DNA of 63,690 nucleotides, filler included, from Lenisia limosa (GCA_001655205.1; 13 parts of 13 records of this genome joined end to end with filler, not necessarily neighbours in it), one strand, 5' to 3'. Numbered from the whole stretch's first letter, positions 1-17,523 are shown. Notes: generated from the letters alone by a model not told the origin. A program made the numbers and translations.

Positions 1-14
1 CCCCCCCCCCCCAG

Positions 15-980
15 GACCCCCTGGATGGCGCCACGCTGGCGAGTGGCGTAACCACAGTACTGAAGCAATGTCAGGCTGTAGTTACCACCGAGTTCATGGC
101 CGCTATTGGGCAGCACGTTTCGGGCAAGGTCACTTCGGGAACCATTAAGTGAGCCGCGGGATTTGTGAAATTCTCTTTGAAAATACAATTTTCTTGGTAG
201 TGTACTTGTTGTCATCTGGTTATGAATATACATTTGTTTGTGTTAATATAATGACGAACCTAAGTCGTTCTATGATTGTCTTGTCTCATGGAAGGCTTCC
301 CTACGGTCAATAGTCGGATTTCTCGATAAATCCTAAATTAACATTGGAATTTCCCAGTTTTTTTGTGGACAGTATGGAACATCACGCCGTGTTGTCATTG
401 ACTATGCAGGGAGCTGAAATCGGCCCACTTTGACCCAGACGTTGCAGTTGTCCTCTACATCCTTGAAGGTTTGCGGAAATGATTTCATTCGCTTCGGGAT
501 CAGTTCTGGGTTTCGCTTAGGTTTCATTCAGGCTTCATATTAATTTCATGTTTTTCTTGCCTCAAGTATTTGTTCCTTGATCATAAATTTGTCATTTATA
601 ATTCAATTGGACTTTTTAAAAAAAACAAGAGAAAAAATACATTAGAAATCTAGGGAAACAATTGGACCAAGGAGAATGGAGGGTAATGACTACTCCGGTT
701 AAAACCAAATACAAACACTCATTCTCATTTTTACGTAGTCCCATTATCATTCTCATCTTTTCTCCCGTCCTAAATCCCTTTAGAAGTGATCCGCCTCTCC
801 GAAATGGACCGTAGAAGTTTGGAGGACAAAATCCCCGCATTCATCTTGGACAGGTGAGGACCCCTAACAACAGAAATCATACAACATCCCAGAAAAGGGA
901 TTCATGAATTGGTGTCCATTTACATTCTCTCCCTCCCGTCCCTCTATAACACCAGCAGATTCCACCCACATGACAATTAG
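15..980 (+). CDS. WASHC5: WASH complex subunit strumpellin, last four exons (15-148, 410-468, 784-853, 959-980)
   Basis: GT-AG spliced translation DPLDGATLASGVTTVLKQ...KELKSAHFDPDVAVVLYILEEVIRLSEMDRRSLEDKIPAFILDRFHPHDN* resembles the strumpellin C-terminus as I recall it (LGLLTLLKQF...PADVVGALLFLEDYVR...VPNFIFD). Exon phases are consistent. Confidence 0.85.
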
Positions 981-1385
981 AACAGAAGCGGAGAGATACC
1001 CTTTTGTGTAGTTGTATTTTGTTATTCTATTAAATTTATGGTTTTCTTGTCATTTGCTCTTCTGCTGAAAGTATCTGGAAATGGGGTGGGTAGACTATGC
1101 GCAATATCACCATAAGGTGGCGCAAATGACGATTTCGACAGTAAAAACCTCCCATCAAAAAGAAGATAAATAGATTAGACTTAATAACAAGAAAGTGACA
1201 TCAGAAAGAAACAGGGACAATACTCACTATTGTCGAGAAATCGGCATTCGACCTAGCACCCGCGTAAACACCCTGGCTTCGGGACTGAAAGAATTAGAAC
1301 GGAGGGTCTGGGTCGAATGTATGTTCGAGAAAAACATGGAAGCGTAACTTCGAAGAAACAGGTTACATCTCTTTCTACCTTGGAC

Positions 1386-2321
1386 CTAAACGATATACTG
1401 TCCCATAATGTTCGTAATACGATCTTCGGCAATCACGTATGAGTGAGACACCAGAAGAAGAAAGAGAAAACTCCAAAAAGCAATACCCCCCCACACACCT
1501 TTTCGAAGGTTTCTGTAAACTACTAAAGATGAGGCCTGGTGGTACTGAGGGTTTGTCAACCGGCCTTGCTGCGGAGAGCACTTCATAAGGGTCACTAGAT
1601 TGTCAGCATGGTCGAGGTTCACGGGAAAATACAAATAAATCAGATGCCGACTTTTTTTATTAATACGAATGGGTTTGAGAATGCGAGATGGAATCTTACT
1701 TATATTACAGGGGAGAATATCGTTGAAACATCCCAAAGCCAACCTCTGCTGCTGGGTGCGCCGCTTCCTCCCGAGTACACTAAAAACCGGGGTGCCAGAC
1801 GATAGGGAGCTGTTGGAAGGGCCTATAATATCACTATGATCCACCACAGAGTTCCAAACCTTGGGGGTGGTGGAGCGTTTGAACAGCATTTGGAAGAGGC
1901 TGCGTTATTGTGGAGTGGAAGGTGGGTGATCGCGGGCGCTTCGCTGGGGACACTCGAGCCACGGGGGACTTTGCTGAAGGAAGTTGTATCCGAGAAAATA
2001 CAGGTGTTATTGAAGGAGATGTTGCTGCAATGATCGGAGTGTGGGGAGGGGAATACGCATGGCTGCCGGCTTTGAGTAGAGTTACGTCAGAAACGGTTAC
2101 AGCGACAGGTGCTTTGACGGGGGAAAGATGAAGGGGTGAAAGAGTGCTCGATATTGGAGAAGTAGAAGCTCCTAGTTGGGCATTTTGAGAGAGAGGAAGG
2201 CGAGAAGCAAACCCATTAATCTAAATGTTGAATGAAAAACAAAAATGGCGGTTCCTTCATACCTCCTTGGATAAAGCCGCATAAGAATGGGTTGGTTTTT
2301 TGATGACCCCTTGAGGGTCAT
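1386..2321 (-). CDS. Ser/Pro-rich hypothetical protein, multi-exon; 3' end not resolved
   Basis: ATG at 2321 (MTLKGVIKKPTHSYAALSKE), a long open exon ~1860-2220 (INGFASRLP...SPAKRPRSPTF...), a 37-nt intron (1823-1859), GPSNSSLSSGTPVFSVLGRKRRTQQQ and DPYEVLSAARPVDKP exons. No recognisable domain. Confidence 0.55.
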
Positions 2322-2632
2322 CTGAGTCTGCGTAGACGGAAAACATTCCTTAAACCATCTCTATCAGAGTTTATCAGAGTCTTGTGTGCATTCGTCTATC
2401 TTTTCGGTTGAGAGTCAATTGTATGTTATTATATTGGTTTATTTAAAGAGTTAAAGCACGAATTTTATTTTCAAAAATTGTGTTATTTGACAAGATCGGA
2501 GATCGTGTATTCTTCACATCCAAACATGCATGCACATTCTTTTCCAGCCAATCCGCCTTTGTGTTGCTTTGTATTACTGTATTGTTTTATTTTAGAGGGA
2601 GTTGGGAACCACGTACATAATACCCCCTTGCA

Positions 2633-5600
2633 ATGGCTTCTTCGTGGGACCCTTCAGATATCAGCCAGGATGATGCGAAACAAGTGGGTAGTCTGTGTGT
2701 TTAGCTTCTATCGCATAAATAACTGTTTTTGTTCTCAATTTCAGTTTTCTTTTTTGAAAACTGTGACTTATGGATCTTGGTGACCTTTTAGTTTACTTAT
2801 AACTCTCTCAAATATGTGAATTTATGCTTTTGAATGACTAAATCTGTTTATGAGGGAGAATTTCTTCTGTATTTCAATAATTGAGTAACTTTTGAAATAA
2901 TCTTTACTGGGGCACATACTGCTTAACATATTGGAAAAGACTTTCTCTTCACACTGCTGACATGGTAGCTTATGAAGTCTGGAGCCAACGTGGTTCTCCT
3001 TGAATTCCCGGAGGGGCATGAAGTCGGAATCGACTTTTACGTGGGGTTTGGTGTTTGATGGTGAATATATTTAATCAACGAATTCTGGTAATGATTCATT
3101 CTTAAAAACGCATTATCTTTTTCCATATAACACCTTACCCTTGGATTTGTAACTGTTTTTTTTTTTTTTTACATATTTGTGTTGTATCAGTACCATTGAC
3201 ACTTCCCATTTCTAGAGTTGGACTGCTGGAGATTCGTTTAAAGGAATTAAAATGATCCCTGAAGGCTGGCATTTCCTTTACTACAGGTAAGTTAAAAGGT
3301 TCGTGTTTATACTTCGCGAAAAGAATGTACAAGTACTTGTGGTGTATTTCGCATAATATACTTCAGGGCTAATTATGTTTTCAATAGATTGGTTTGAACC
3401 ATAAAAAAGTTGCTTACTGCTAGAAGAGTGTTCTAAGTCATATAATTTGTTTTGCAATATGTAAACTGCAGTGTAAAATTTGTGTAAATTGGGATCCACT
3501 TTTACAAGAATATCAATCAATCATAGTTTATCACCCACTTCAGAGCTGTGAATGCTGAAGGAGAGATTTCTCCACGCTCAGGCTTTTGGTTTCACATTCA
3601 TCCTCAAGAGGTTGGACTCTGATTCTGGTTCAGTTCGCATTTATCAGAATTTAATCTTTTATTTTTGTCTCACGACAATGGAATACTTCTAACTACTTAG
3701 ACGATTGTTTTTCACTGGGATTTTGCCAGCGAAGCTATTTACAACAAATATGATGATGAAGACACGAATCGCTTCAAGCTGGGTGTGAGGGATAGCATGG
3801 TCCAAAATTCGGTTAATAACAGTTTTCAATGATATGAAAGTGTAACAGAGGGAAACTTACATGAACATGTAATACATTTACCTAAAGCAAATTCAATGGT
3901 TCACTTCTTGTTGATCTCCTTGCTTATTGGTATTTGATAGTTTTGTGTACCATTTATCATATTGTTTGTGTATGATAGTATATATCATATACAAGAACTA
4001 GTACTAAATGTGCTGTCAGTGAATTCGCTTTTAAATCGTTTTATGTCCATTACCTAGAAGCTTTTTAAAAAACAAGTGTAACCAAAGTAGCTGTGGATAG
4101 TGGCGAGTTTGATCGCTTTCTTGGTCCCTACCCGCTGAATCAGCATCAAAAGTGGAACAAATTCACCACACGTAAGAGGATGCATGCATGGGTCAAGAAG
4201 ACCAATTATTATGTTTCTGAAGAATATGATTGTTTTGTTTCCGTGTCTGCTTTTGTTTTCATTTTCCAGATATTTCCACGAAACTATTGAAGCGCCTTCT
4301 TCCTGAAGAAAAAACCAAAGGACCCAAGCTGTTTATCCTTGAAAACCCCCAAATTAAGGAAATTATATCAGGTTTGTTTTTGGGTTGATATCCCCTTTTG
4401 ATATGTGATTTCACAAAGAGACTGAGGTAGTACAGTACTACCGACGATTCTGTAGAAATGAACAGGATATTTCATAAGGGATTGGTGACTGGTCCTTGAT
4501 ACTTACATTACGTACCATATAGGACATGTATATAAAGATATGGTGCTTAGAGTTTGGTGTTCAACTCAGCGGAGTGATCTTGACACATCCCAGACGAAGA
4601 AAGCGAAGAGCCTAAGCAGACATCCGAAGAAACAGAAACGCAGCACAAGCCTTGGAAAAACGCCTTTCTCTCAGAACCTCCTCCGAATACCAAGGTAGGT
4701 ACACTTCCTGCCTCTGTTGATATCATTTTTTCACTTTCAAAACTTCAAAAGCAATAAGGTAATTTGCTGTTTCTAACACAATAGGAGGCCGAAAGGATGC
4801 TTAATGATATTGTTCAAACAAAAATATCTGAATCCGGGGGTGGTGAGGCCTTTAAGTGGACTCCTTGCTCGGTGAAACGATATTCGTTAGAGTGTATCAA
4901 GAAGGTGAGATATCTTTGATCCATATTGTTTTTACACAGTTTTAGGAAGAAAGAGGAAGTGCAATTACCAAGCTAGCCTTCGACAAGTCTCCTATTATGA
5001 ACTACCTGTTACGTAAAGGTATCTTTATTGATCCCCGATTCTCAAAAAAAACAATATCTTCGTTTTTACTTCACCTCGCAGGAGAAAGTCCGGTTCTTGG
5101 TGAGCTACAAGCCGCATATTTAGTTTTCCTCCTTGGACAGTCCCTTTTAGCCCTCGAACAATGGAAAGCGTTGGTTACTATCATCTGCGAATCGCCCCTT
5201 CACATCAAAAACATGGCTCCGTTTTATGAAACTTTTCTTGGTGAGTGGGGGTTCGATCCAATTTATGCCATTACCAGTGAGAGATGACACTGACTCTGTT
5301 GTTCTTTTTTACAAACCTTGTAGATGTTTTTGTCGCTCAGATCCAAGATATTCCCCTTGATTTCTTTGCCATGGATGAATCGCAAAACAATTTCCTCTAC
5401 CAAGTATTACAGGTAGGCGTAGGGTTCCATTCGGGAGTCACCATCATGAACTTGTTTGTAAACTCTTTCGCCTTTCTTGAATTCTCTTATTGACTGTATA
5501 GAGTCTCACTCGCAACAAAAATGACGCCTCTTTGATTCTCCAAGAGAAGATTGAATTCCTTGATGAGGTTTGCGAAGCGGTAAAAGGCTTCTAAATATTC

Positions 5601-5866
5601 TCAAAAAGCGATACTCTCGTTTCATATTGGATGATTTGGAATTTTAAAACGGATTCCCAAATAGCACCCGTTGTAACGTTGTAGTTTTGCCGAGACCGTT
5701 TTAAGTGGCCCAGTAAAGCCGAAGAGGAAGCCGATGAGCCCAATGATGAATATGATAGTGATGAGCCAGTTTGAGGGTTACACTCTGTTTTTGCTCACAT
5801 TGACATCTATCATTTTGTTGAATCATAATATAGGTTGTTGTTGACCTGGATGAAGCATTCTTTTAG
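2633..5866 (+). CDS. AAR2: AAR2 U5 snRNP assembly factor homolog, multi-exon
   Basis: Spliced MASSWDPSDISQDDAKQ|LMKSGANVVLLEFPEGHEVGIDFY|SWTAGDSFKGIKMIPEGWHFLYY, later GEFDRFLGPYPLNQHQKWNKFT, GESPVLGELQAAYLVFLLGQSLLALEQWKALV and DIPLDFFAMDESQNNFL. Ends ...EYDSDEP|VVVDLDEAFF*. These are typical AAR2 motifs. Confidence 0.93.
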
Positions 5867-6112
5867 TTTTCCGATTTCTGTTTTGCTCTCAACTTTCCAT
5901 TTGATGGCTCAAATCGAGAAGACGTTATTTGAAATGGTCCAATAGAATTGTGATTTAACCAGGTAATCTTTGGGAACAGCACTTTACGTACGAAGTAAAA
6001 CATAATACATAATTCAACAAGGCTTAATCTGTGTAAAAGAAGCTGTTTTCATTTGTCTTGGCTGAGAGCGGTACTGAAGTGTCCAACTAAACTATTAGCA
6101 GGCCAATCAATA

Positions 6113-9100
6113 TTAGAAACAAATAAGAGTGCCTGTCCCTCTTACAACTGGATTGATAACGCTTCCCATTGAGCTTCGATTGAGGTAAACTCTGAAATAT
6201 TAAGAGGGCTAGATACCGAATTACAAAAAAAAAGATTTCTTGATAGGCCCCTACTAAGTCCCTCACCCGGAAGTTGTACACCCTTTGAAATGATCAGCAG
6301 ACGACTTCACTGTGCTACCACTAGTAGCATGGACACAATCTAAACAGTAAATTCCATCAAGGTAACTATTTCTCATTAAAAATGAATATCCGTGATGGTT
6401 CAGAAAACACACGCTTACATCCATTCAAGGTTGAGTAATTGTTTTTATCGGCACATAAGGAAGACCTGAACGAAAGTTTAACACTTGGAGATGTTCCGGA
6501 ATCAAAGTTGGTCTCGCGAACAAAGAGGCTTCCTCTGAAGAGTTAAAGCACCAGCATACAATGAAGTGAAAACGCGGGTAAAGTTTATTCTTCTGTGGGT
6601 CACATGGCTTTTCCAACCGCGCTACTACTTTTCAACTGAGGATACAAAAACAAAGATAGGATCTTACCCAGTGTGAGTCTCAAGGTAGCCGGTAACATTG
6701 GAATTGATCAGATATAATTGGAAGTTCTGTTGCGTAAGGCAATAGAAAATTGCAAAAAACCACTCCAAAACAATATATATTTTGCAAAACAAAGATAAAA
6801 AAAGTAAACAAACAGATGATGATAAGACGTTTACACTGATCTAAATGAACCCTCCCTACAATATAGCCATAGATGGCACGAGGGACCATGTCGGTTGAAA
6901 TCGCCTCCACAGTGTGAAGGTACAAAAACCCGCCTTCTGAGTAGCTACACAATGAAAAATTGGTAAGGTATCTCAATGGTGGAAAATGACAGTACCACAC
7001 TTGTGAAAATGATCCAAAAAGTGTACAACACAACCCTCTTACACGATACGAGATCCCTTTGACTCAATACGCCCAATAAAAATGCGAATAGTGCTGTGCA
7101 TAGAGTTGAGCACATACGCATTTCCGTAAATATAAAACTTCTGTGGTGGGAAATAAAGGGACAATAGTTGTTACTACAAATGAAGTAGCTATATGATATA
7201 GTATTGTAGTATGTCATAGTCATATGAAAAGAACAAAAGCAAGGTTGTACCTGACCCAAAGGGGGTCACGCTTATAAAAGATATTGGATTATATATGAAT
7301 TCACCCAATCATTTGCCTTAATAGTATAGCTCACCGATGCGTAGATGTTACTTTGCCGACTCACAAGCGGTCTATTCGCAGTGATCTAAAAAAAAAAAAA
7401 AAAAAATNNNNNNNNNNNNNNNNNNNNNNNNNNNNNNNNNNNNNNNNNNNNNNNNNNNNNNNNNNNNNNNNNNNNNNNNNNNNNNNNNNNNNNNNNNTGA
7501 TTTTCTCATTTATCCACAATGTTGACTTTTGCTGACGAAAAGCCCTCTCAAAAATTTCAGCAGAATCATGCTTACCGATACGTCACTAAAGAGACCAACA
7601 GAAGATACCAGCTGAAGAGCTGTGCTAACTTCCTCATCAGCAAACGTTATGTCAACATCCTAGAATCAGGTAAATAGGATGATCATCAGCTGTGATCACA
7701 CACACTAATTATGCTGTCATAGTCCCATGCAAAAATCACCTAAATAACATTTCAAATGAACCAGGGTTCTGAAGCCGTTTGAAGGGTTTTCCAAAGAACA
7801 GTAGTCTTTTTATTGTAGTGAAGCCACGCTTACAACAAAGTGAACGGTTGAAGCAGCATCAGCGGAAATGCCTGTTGAGAACATGGGGCTTAGTCCAGAT
7901 GAGGTCATGCTCAAATGCTGTAGGCGAAGGTGTGAGTTACGCACCAATATGGCAGCACCTGAAGGGGTTACAAGGGAAACATCAATAAGTTCAGTTTTCT
8001 TTCGGACCGAGGTGGTGCCAGTGCCCTCTCATAAAGCACTTTTGAGTATAAAAAAAGGAAAATATAGGTTTCTATCTCGGATATGTATAAAAACAGTAGA
8101 ATACTATGTAATACAATACCACATATAAAAGCAGGTCTTGCCTACCTCCTGTCAACGATTGGTTCTCAGGCCCTTGTACCAGTCTTAACACAAGTAAAGC
8201 TATCATCAGAATAGTTACTCACCATTATGGCATCCTTCAATTCACTTGTATTAGAATATATTTACGCAAAAAAGATCTTTAAAATACACTGTTCAATAGC
8301 AAGAAAGTCTTACATTCTCAGAATATCATGTAGATACAGGTGTAAACAAACCTCAGAGTTGATAACTCCGATCCGCTTCCTTGAATCAAAAGTGCTCCCG
8401 GGAAGGCCTCCAAAATATAAATGGGAACCTCCAAGCTGCAAATATGAAATAAGAAGAAAAGGTCCGGTAGTATTAAAACAAAGATGAAAAGTTGAACTTT
8501 GATTTTTACAGATTTAATTTGAAACGCACGAAAGTCTAAGTCAAATAATATAATAAAGAGAAAAACACATACTCAGTGACACCTGCAGGAATAATGCATG
8601 TTCTGATAGCGTCACCAGGTAAGACCATGTGTTTGACCTGAGATATGCAGTTGCTCAATGTGAGGCCTGGGCCGACGGTCTAAATCCATCAACCCCCTTG
8701 TATATTGCATGATACAGTGGAATGTGTTAGCTTTACAGGGGCTTCCAAGGCAGATTATGTACTACGCAATTTAGGGTAGGTAAGGAGGTGTCCACAAACT
8801 TCGTTTGAATAAAGTGTGTAATGACATGTGTGAAATGTTAATAAGATCGTGATTCAGTATAAGACTTAATACAACCAATGGAATCCTGCTTTTCTAAGAA
8901 TGCTACTCTACGGACTAACTATTCATATGCATATATAAAACTACATACCAATGCGTAGCTTTCAGTCACGTTGATTTGCCCCACGATCGCGGTGGCAGCA
9001 ACGATTGACTCGACCTGCATGATAACGCTACTGAGGTATTGGTACACATGGTAAAGGTATCCAAATCTACTGTTCATAAGGCTTCAAAGTATTGTTATGT

Positions 9101-9180
9101 CAATGAGAGCAACCTACGGTTAAAGAGTCAGCATCAATTGCACCTCTCTGGACAATGTCTCCTGATTCTGAAATAGACAC
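6113..9180 (-). CDS. Hypothetical right-handed beta-helix (PbH1-like) protein, many exons; 5' end uncertain (~9500)
   Basis: Exons with GT-AG ends read GAAILVRNSHLRLQHLSMTSS, NFQLYLINSNVTGYLETHTG, GSLFVRETNFDSG, NSYLDGIYCLDCVHATSGSTVKSS and GVYLNRSSMGSVINPVVRGTGTLICF*. The alternating beta-strand/Asn-ladder pattern suggests a beta-helix; family unassigned. Confidence 0.5.
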
Positions 9181-9761
9181 TAGAGCAGGTTATGCAAAGT
9201 TGGAGGTGATGTGGAATGATAGAGAGTCTAGCTAAAATTAACGAAAAGTTACATCATGAGCAAGCAACCAGATATGTGAGGAATAATCACGTTTTAGTTT
9301 GAGTCAAACCTGAGTAAATAGAGCAGACACAGGACATTATAAAAACAAGAAACAATGGTCCCTTCATCTTGGCCCTGCGCAAAACCTAAAAGAGCAAAGC
9401 GTGCGAAACTATTAGCAATCAGCAATCAAAGTTGGAGTGTGATGGGACCTCCTAGGATGATACACCTGAAGAGAACTTGGAAGCCGGGAAGGCAGGATTT
9501 GGGCAGGATATTATGATATGATTTGATGGAGATAAAAAAAGTGTGCTCGGATTTTCGGACCATTTTTTAGCCCAAAACTCGAAATTAAAAGAATTTGTTT
9601 ATTTGTTTAATTGAGACATTGTTGTGTTACTGTGTTACTGTTATTATAGTAAGGTCCAAGTTTCTGATATTGCTGTTTGGGGATAAGAGAACGTGTCGGA
9701 AGAATATTGAGTGTTTTGGCCAATGAAAGGCTAAAGGCTCTATATAAGCAGTAATTTAAGA

Positions 9762-14099
<4,338 letters not shown>

Positions 14100-14294
14100 C
14101 ACTGGCTCATGAAAACGGGTTTATTTATGTGATTTATGGTGTATTATCTTTCTTAATTCTAATGTATTTGATATTCTAAGTTTCTTGAAACACTGGTATG
14201 CACATCATCAGTCTCAGGAATATATTGTCATGATATCATATCGTGCCACCTCACTCACAACTTTAGCCACTCAAATAACCAAAGTTGAAAGTGT

Positions 14295-14349
14295 GTGCCT
14301 TAGTTTCTTTCTGCGCAGAGCGTTGAAGAAAGAAACGTCACAATTGCAC
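14295..14349 (-). promoter_or_regulatory. SECIS-like element (form II) in the GPx 3' UTR
   Basis: Minus strand reads GTGC AATT GTGAC GTTTCTTTCT TC AA CGCTCTGCG C AGAAAGAAAC TAAG GCAC: short helix I (GTGC/GCAC), RTGA, a perfect 10-bp helix II, unpaired AA 12 nt after UGAN, and a CGC/GCG apical mini-helix. It lies 45 nt downstream of the stop of a UGA-containing GPx. Confidence 0.8.
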
Positions 14350-14394
14350 GTGAGCACAACATGAACAAAAATCAACCGTTCCAAACACTGGCAT

Positions 14395-15721
14395 CTATTC
14401 CTCAGCAAGAAGCTTGTCGACTTCAGCAATGAGGCTGTTGGGGTTTGTCATGGGGCTGTGGCGGGAGACGCACTGAAACATGAGTTGGAGAAAAGGAACG
14501 ATTTTGTATTGCAATGCATTTGAAGATATATACATGTACATGTGCAGATGACAATATTATAACAGCCTACCTCGCCCTTCTTGTTGATGACGAATTTGCT
14601 GAAGTTCCACTTGATCTTGCTTCCAAGGAAACCACCTTGCTTGGACTAATGGTGTCATTCGGGTTTTATTGAATCTAATGAAATATTGATATTTTCATTG
14701 CACTGCTCATTAATCTTTTACGACATGACCAACAGTTACATAAAACAGGGTGACAATGCTTAATGGTAAAAAAAAAACAACATACCTTCATCCAGGTGTA
14801 AAGGGGGTCTTCTTGCTTTCCATTAACGTCGATCTTGGACATCATGGGGAAAGTCACGCCGTAGTCGTCCACAAAGGCACTGATATGTAATGGATGGAGT
14901 TCATGTTCACACAGTAGAGAACAAATGGTTAGATTACAGTTACAAATGAAGAAATTAATAAAGGAATGTATAGGGGGGGGGGGGGGNNNNNNNNNNNNNN
15001 NNNNNNNNNNNNNNNNNNNNNNNNNNNNNNNNNNNNNNNNNNNNNNNNNNNNNNNNNNNNNNNNNNTCCTCTTTGGTACCAGGCTCTTGCTGAAATCGTG
15101 AGATGAGGATTAAGGAAATTACAATAAAAATGAAGAGTGTTAAAAGCTACAAAAAAGGTTTCTGAAACTAAGAATGATAATTTGAAATGAGGACTTGAGT
15201 GGTAATCACCACTAACCTTTCCGAACTGGTTGCAAGGGAATGCCACAATTTCAAGGCCTTTCTCTTTGTAGCCCTTTTCCTTGTAGATTTCCACAACTGA
15301 AAAGGTGACATGAGAATGAACAGTGCAAATAAAATACCACTATTTAGTGATTCATCTTAAAAAAGGAGAGCCCCCTCGCAAACATTGAGTGTAGTTGACT
15401 TTCGTCTTGCCTCACTTGGAGGCCACATTTACGACAATGCACACCTAGGGACCGTGAATTGCATGATGATATAAAGTCAAAAACGACACCAGATCTTTCA
15501 GCTTGGGCAGAGTCCAACGGCAAGTTGCCACTCAATCCCCCGCTGACCTTTCCTTCATACGCTGACATTGGGGCATCTTCCTCGGTGTCCAAATGTTTTG
15601 CTGTGAAGCTGTAGAAATTTTTGTTGGCCTAGGAGGGTTAATACCATGAACAGCATAGCCCACCCCAAAAGAGAAACCACGAGAAAAAAAATAAAAAACC
15701 CATTCCTACTTCTTCAGCCAT
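14395..15721 (-). CDS. GPX: Selenocysteine-containing glutathione peroxidase (GPx4/PHGPx-like)
   Basis: Spliced MAEE|ANKNFYSFTAKHLDTEEDAPMSAYEGK|VCIVVNVASK-U-GKTKVNYTQ|FVEIYKEKG...VAFPCNQFGK|QEPG...|FPMMSKIDVNG...|IKWNFSKF...|...KLLAEE*. In-frame TGA (15412-15414) sits at the catalytic Sec/Cys position. A gap at ~14987-15066 hides a few codons. Confidence 0.95.
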
Positions 15722-16518
15722 TCTAGCTATACAAGGGAAAACAGATAAACGGGAAAAGGTGGAGAGAGAGGATAAATAACGTAGAATTTTTTTCTACAAA
15801 GCTCGGTAACTCTCGGATCTTTCTTTTTTGCTTTAAAAATCAAAATATATAACGAATTTACTAAATGCAAAGACAAAAATCGTCAAAAATGATAACGAAA
15901 TTATCCGTAATTCTCCCGGGCCGCAATATAGTCCTTTTTGGCCTTTCGGTCCCTCCAGCCCCTCTCCCCTCCCATCATAGTACACACAAAATATACACAT
16001 TTAAAAAACTACTGTTTATAATATCAGAAGCGATAAACGCATTCACAGTCAAACTGCATCTACGCCTGCTATCACTGAAAGGGGAACGCTGTTCTTCACG
16101 GAAGGTTGCTAGTACTGGCTTCCCCTTAACATGGGGAATCACATTCCCCCAAAGCCAAGTTCAGGCCAACAGAAACCGGAGAATGCGGAAAAGTATGTGC
16201 GGAATATTTTGTTAGATCCTTTCGCAAACTTGAGCGGGCTTCAGTGTGCTTAGGGTATAATCTAATGTAGGATATTATTATAGTTTTTACAGGCATCTTC
16301 TTATAAACTTTGAATATTTTTAAATCATGATATTCGTTAGTTTGATATCGTAACAATCTGTTCCAAAATGTTTGTAGGTGACGTGGCTTATATATCTCAT
16401 ATCGTAATATGACTGGACAGCTTCGGCCGGGTACTAACTACTTTTCTTTCTCACTTCAACCCAATAAAGACACTTAAACATAAATGAATCTATAACAGTG
16501 AAATGATTGATCTTGCAG

Positions 16519-17523
16519 ATCGCTCCACGTTCACGCAGCAGCTGGTGCTTTGAGTGGCGTCCTGACGGCCATGGTGACGTGTCCTCTGGATGTCGTGAAA
16601 ACCAGGCTACAGGTATGGGGGGGGGGGGGGNNNNNNNNNNNNNNNNNNNNNNNNNNNNNNNNNNNNNNNNNNNNNNNNNNNNNNNNNNNNNNNNNNNNNN
16701 NNNNNNNNNNNNNNNAATGGGAATTTATTTTTGGGTCAAGGAAAAGAGGAATGGAACAGACTTTGTGACCCTGCACTACTCTTACTTTTTTAATTTTTTT
16801 TTAGTTTTTTTTAGTTAGCAGTTTTCTTCATTCAGATTGGCTGATTTTTGGACCGAAACGAGAAATAATTTTAGAATTATCCTTGACTTTACCACCATCA
16901 TAGTTGTCTGAAGGATTTTGACCCTCATGCGTTTGTGACTGTTTGCCAACAGTGTTTCTGGGGTTTTTTTGCTTCTTAAATACCCCCCATTTTACCTTCT
17001 CAGGTCCAAGCTCTGCGACACTGTGGCCCCACTTACAGTGGCGTATTCGGTGGGAGGATTATTTACATAAAATATCGGAATTTCTTGTATTTGTTCAGCT
17101 AGACTCCCGAAAAGAAAAGGAAGATTGTGGATTAAATATAGATATTTATAGAGGATTTATTGAAAAATTCAGTCTTTTTTCGAACCGAAGTGAAGCCCGA
17201 GCTCTGACTCTTTCGTTTCCCTTTTAAAATGTATTTAAAGCCATGCCTCTTATTTACGAATTTAGACGGTTTAATATCTATCTCCAAGAGTGAAGGATGT
17301 TCTGGTAAGCCATAGCTTTTTGAATAGAGGATATTCTTTGCTTCATATAAATAATCCACATAAATGTTGTTACTTTTCTTTTTAAAGTCACTTTCAATGG
17401 AAATATTGATGTTTTGTTACTTCAAGAAACACTATTTCTCAATAATTTAGGGCTATATCGAGGAATGTCGGCTACTCTCTGCGGCCTTTCTATCGGATGG
17501 GCGTCCTACTTCACAATGTACCA
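16519..17523 (+). CDS. Mitochondrial carrier (SLC25; NAD+/FAD/folate-carrier-like), partial, cut by contig end
   Basis: AAAGALSGVLTAMVTCPLDVVKTRLQ (Px[DE]xx[KR]xR signature), |VQALRHCGPTYSGVF and GLYRGMSATLCGLSIGWASYFTMY. Confidence 0.88.

Noticed and set aside
15412-15414. GPx as a pseudogene because of the internal TGA
   Set aside because: The TGA is exactly at the Sec site, the other exons are intact and a SECIS-like hairpin is present.
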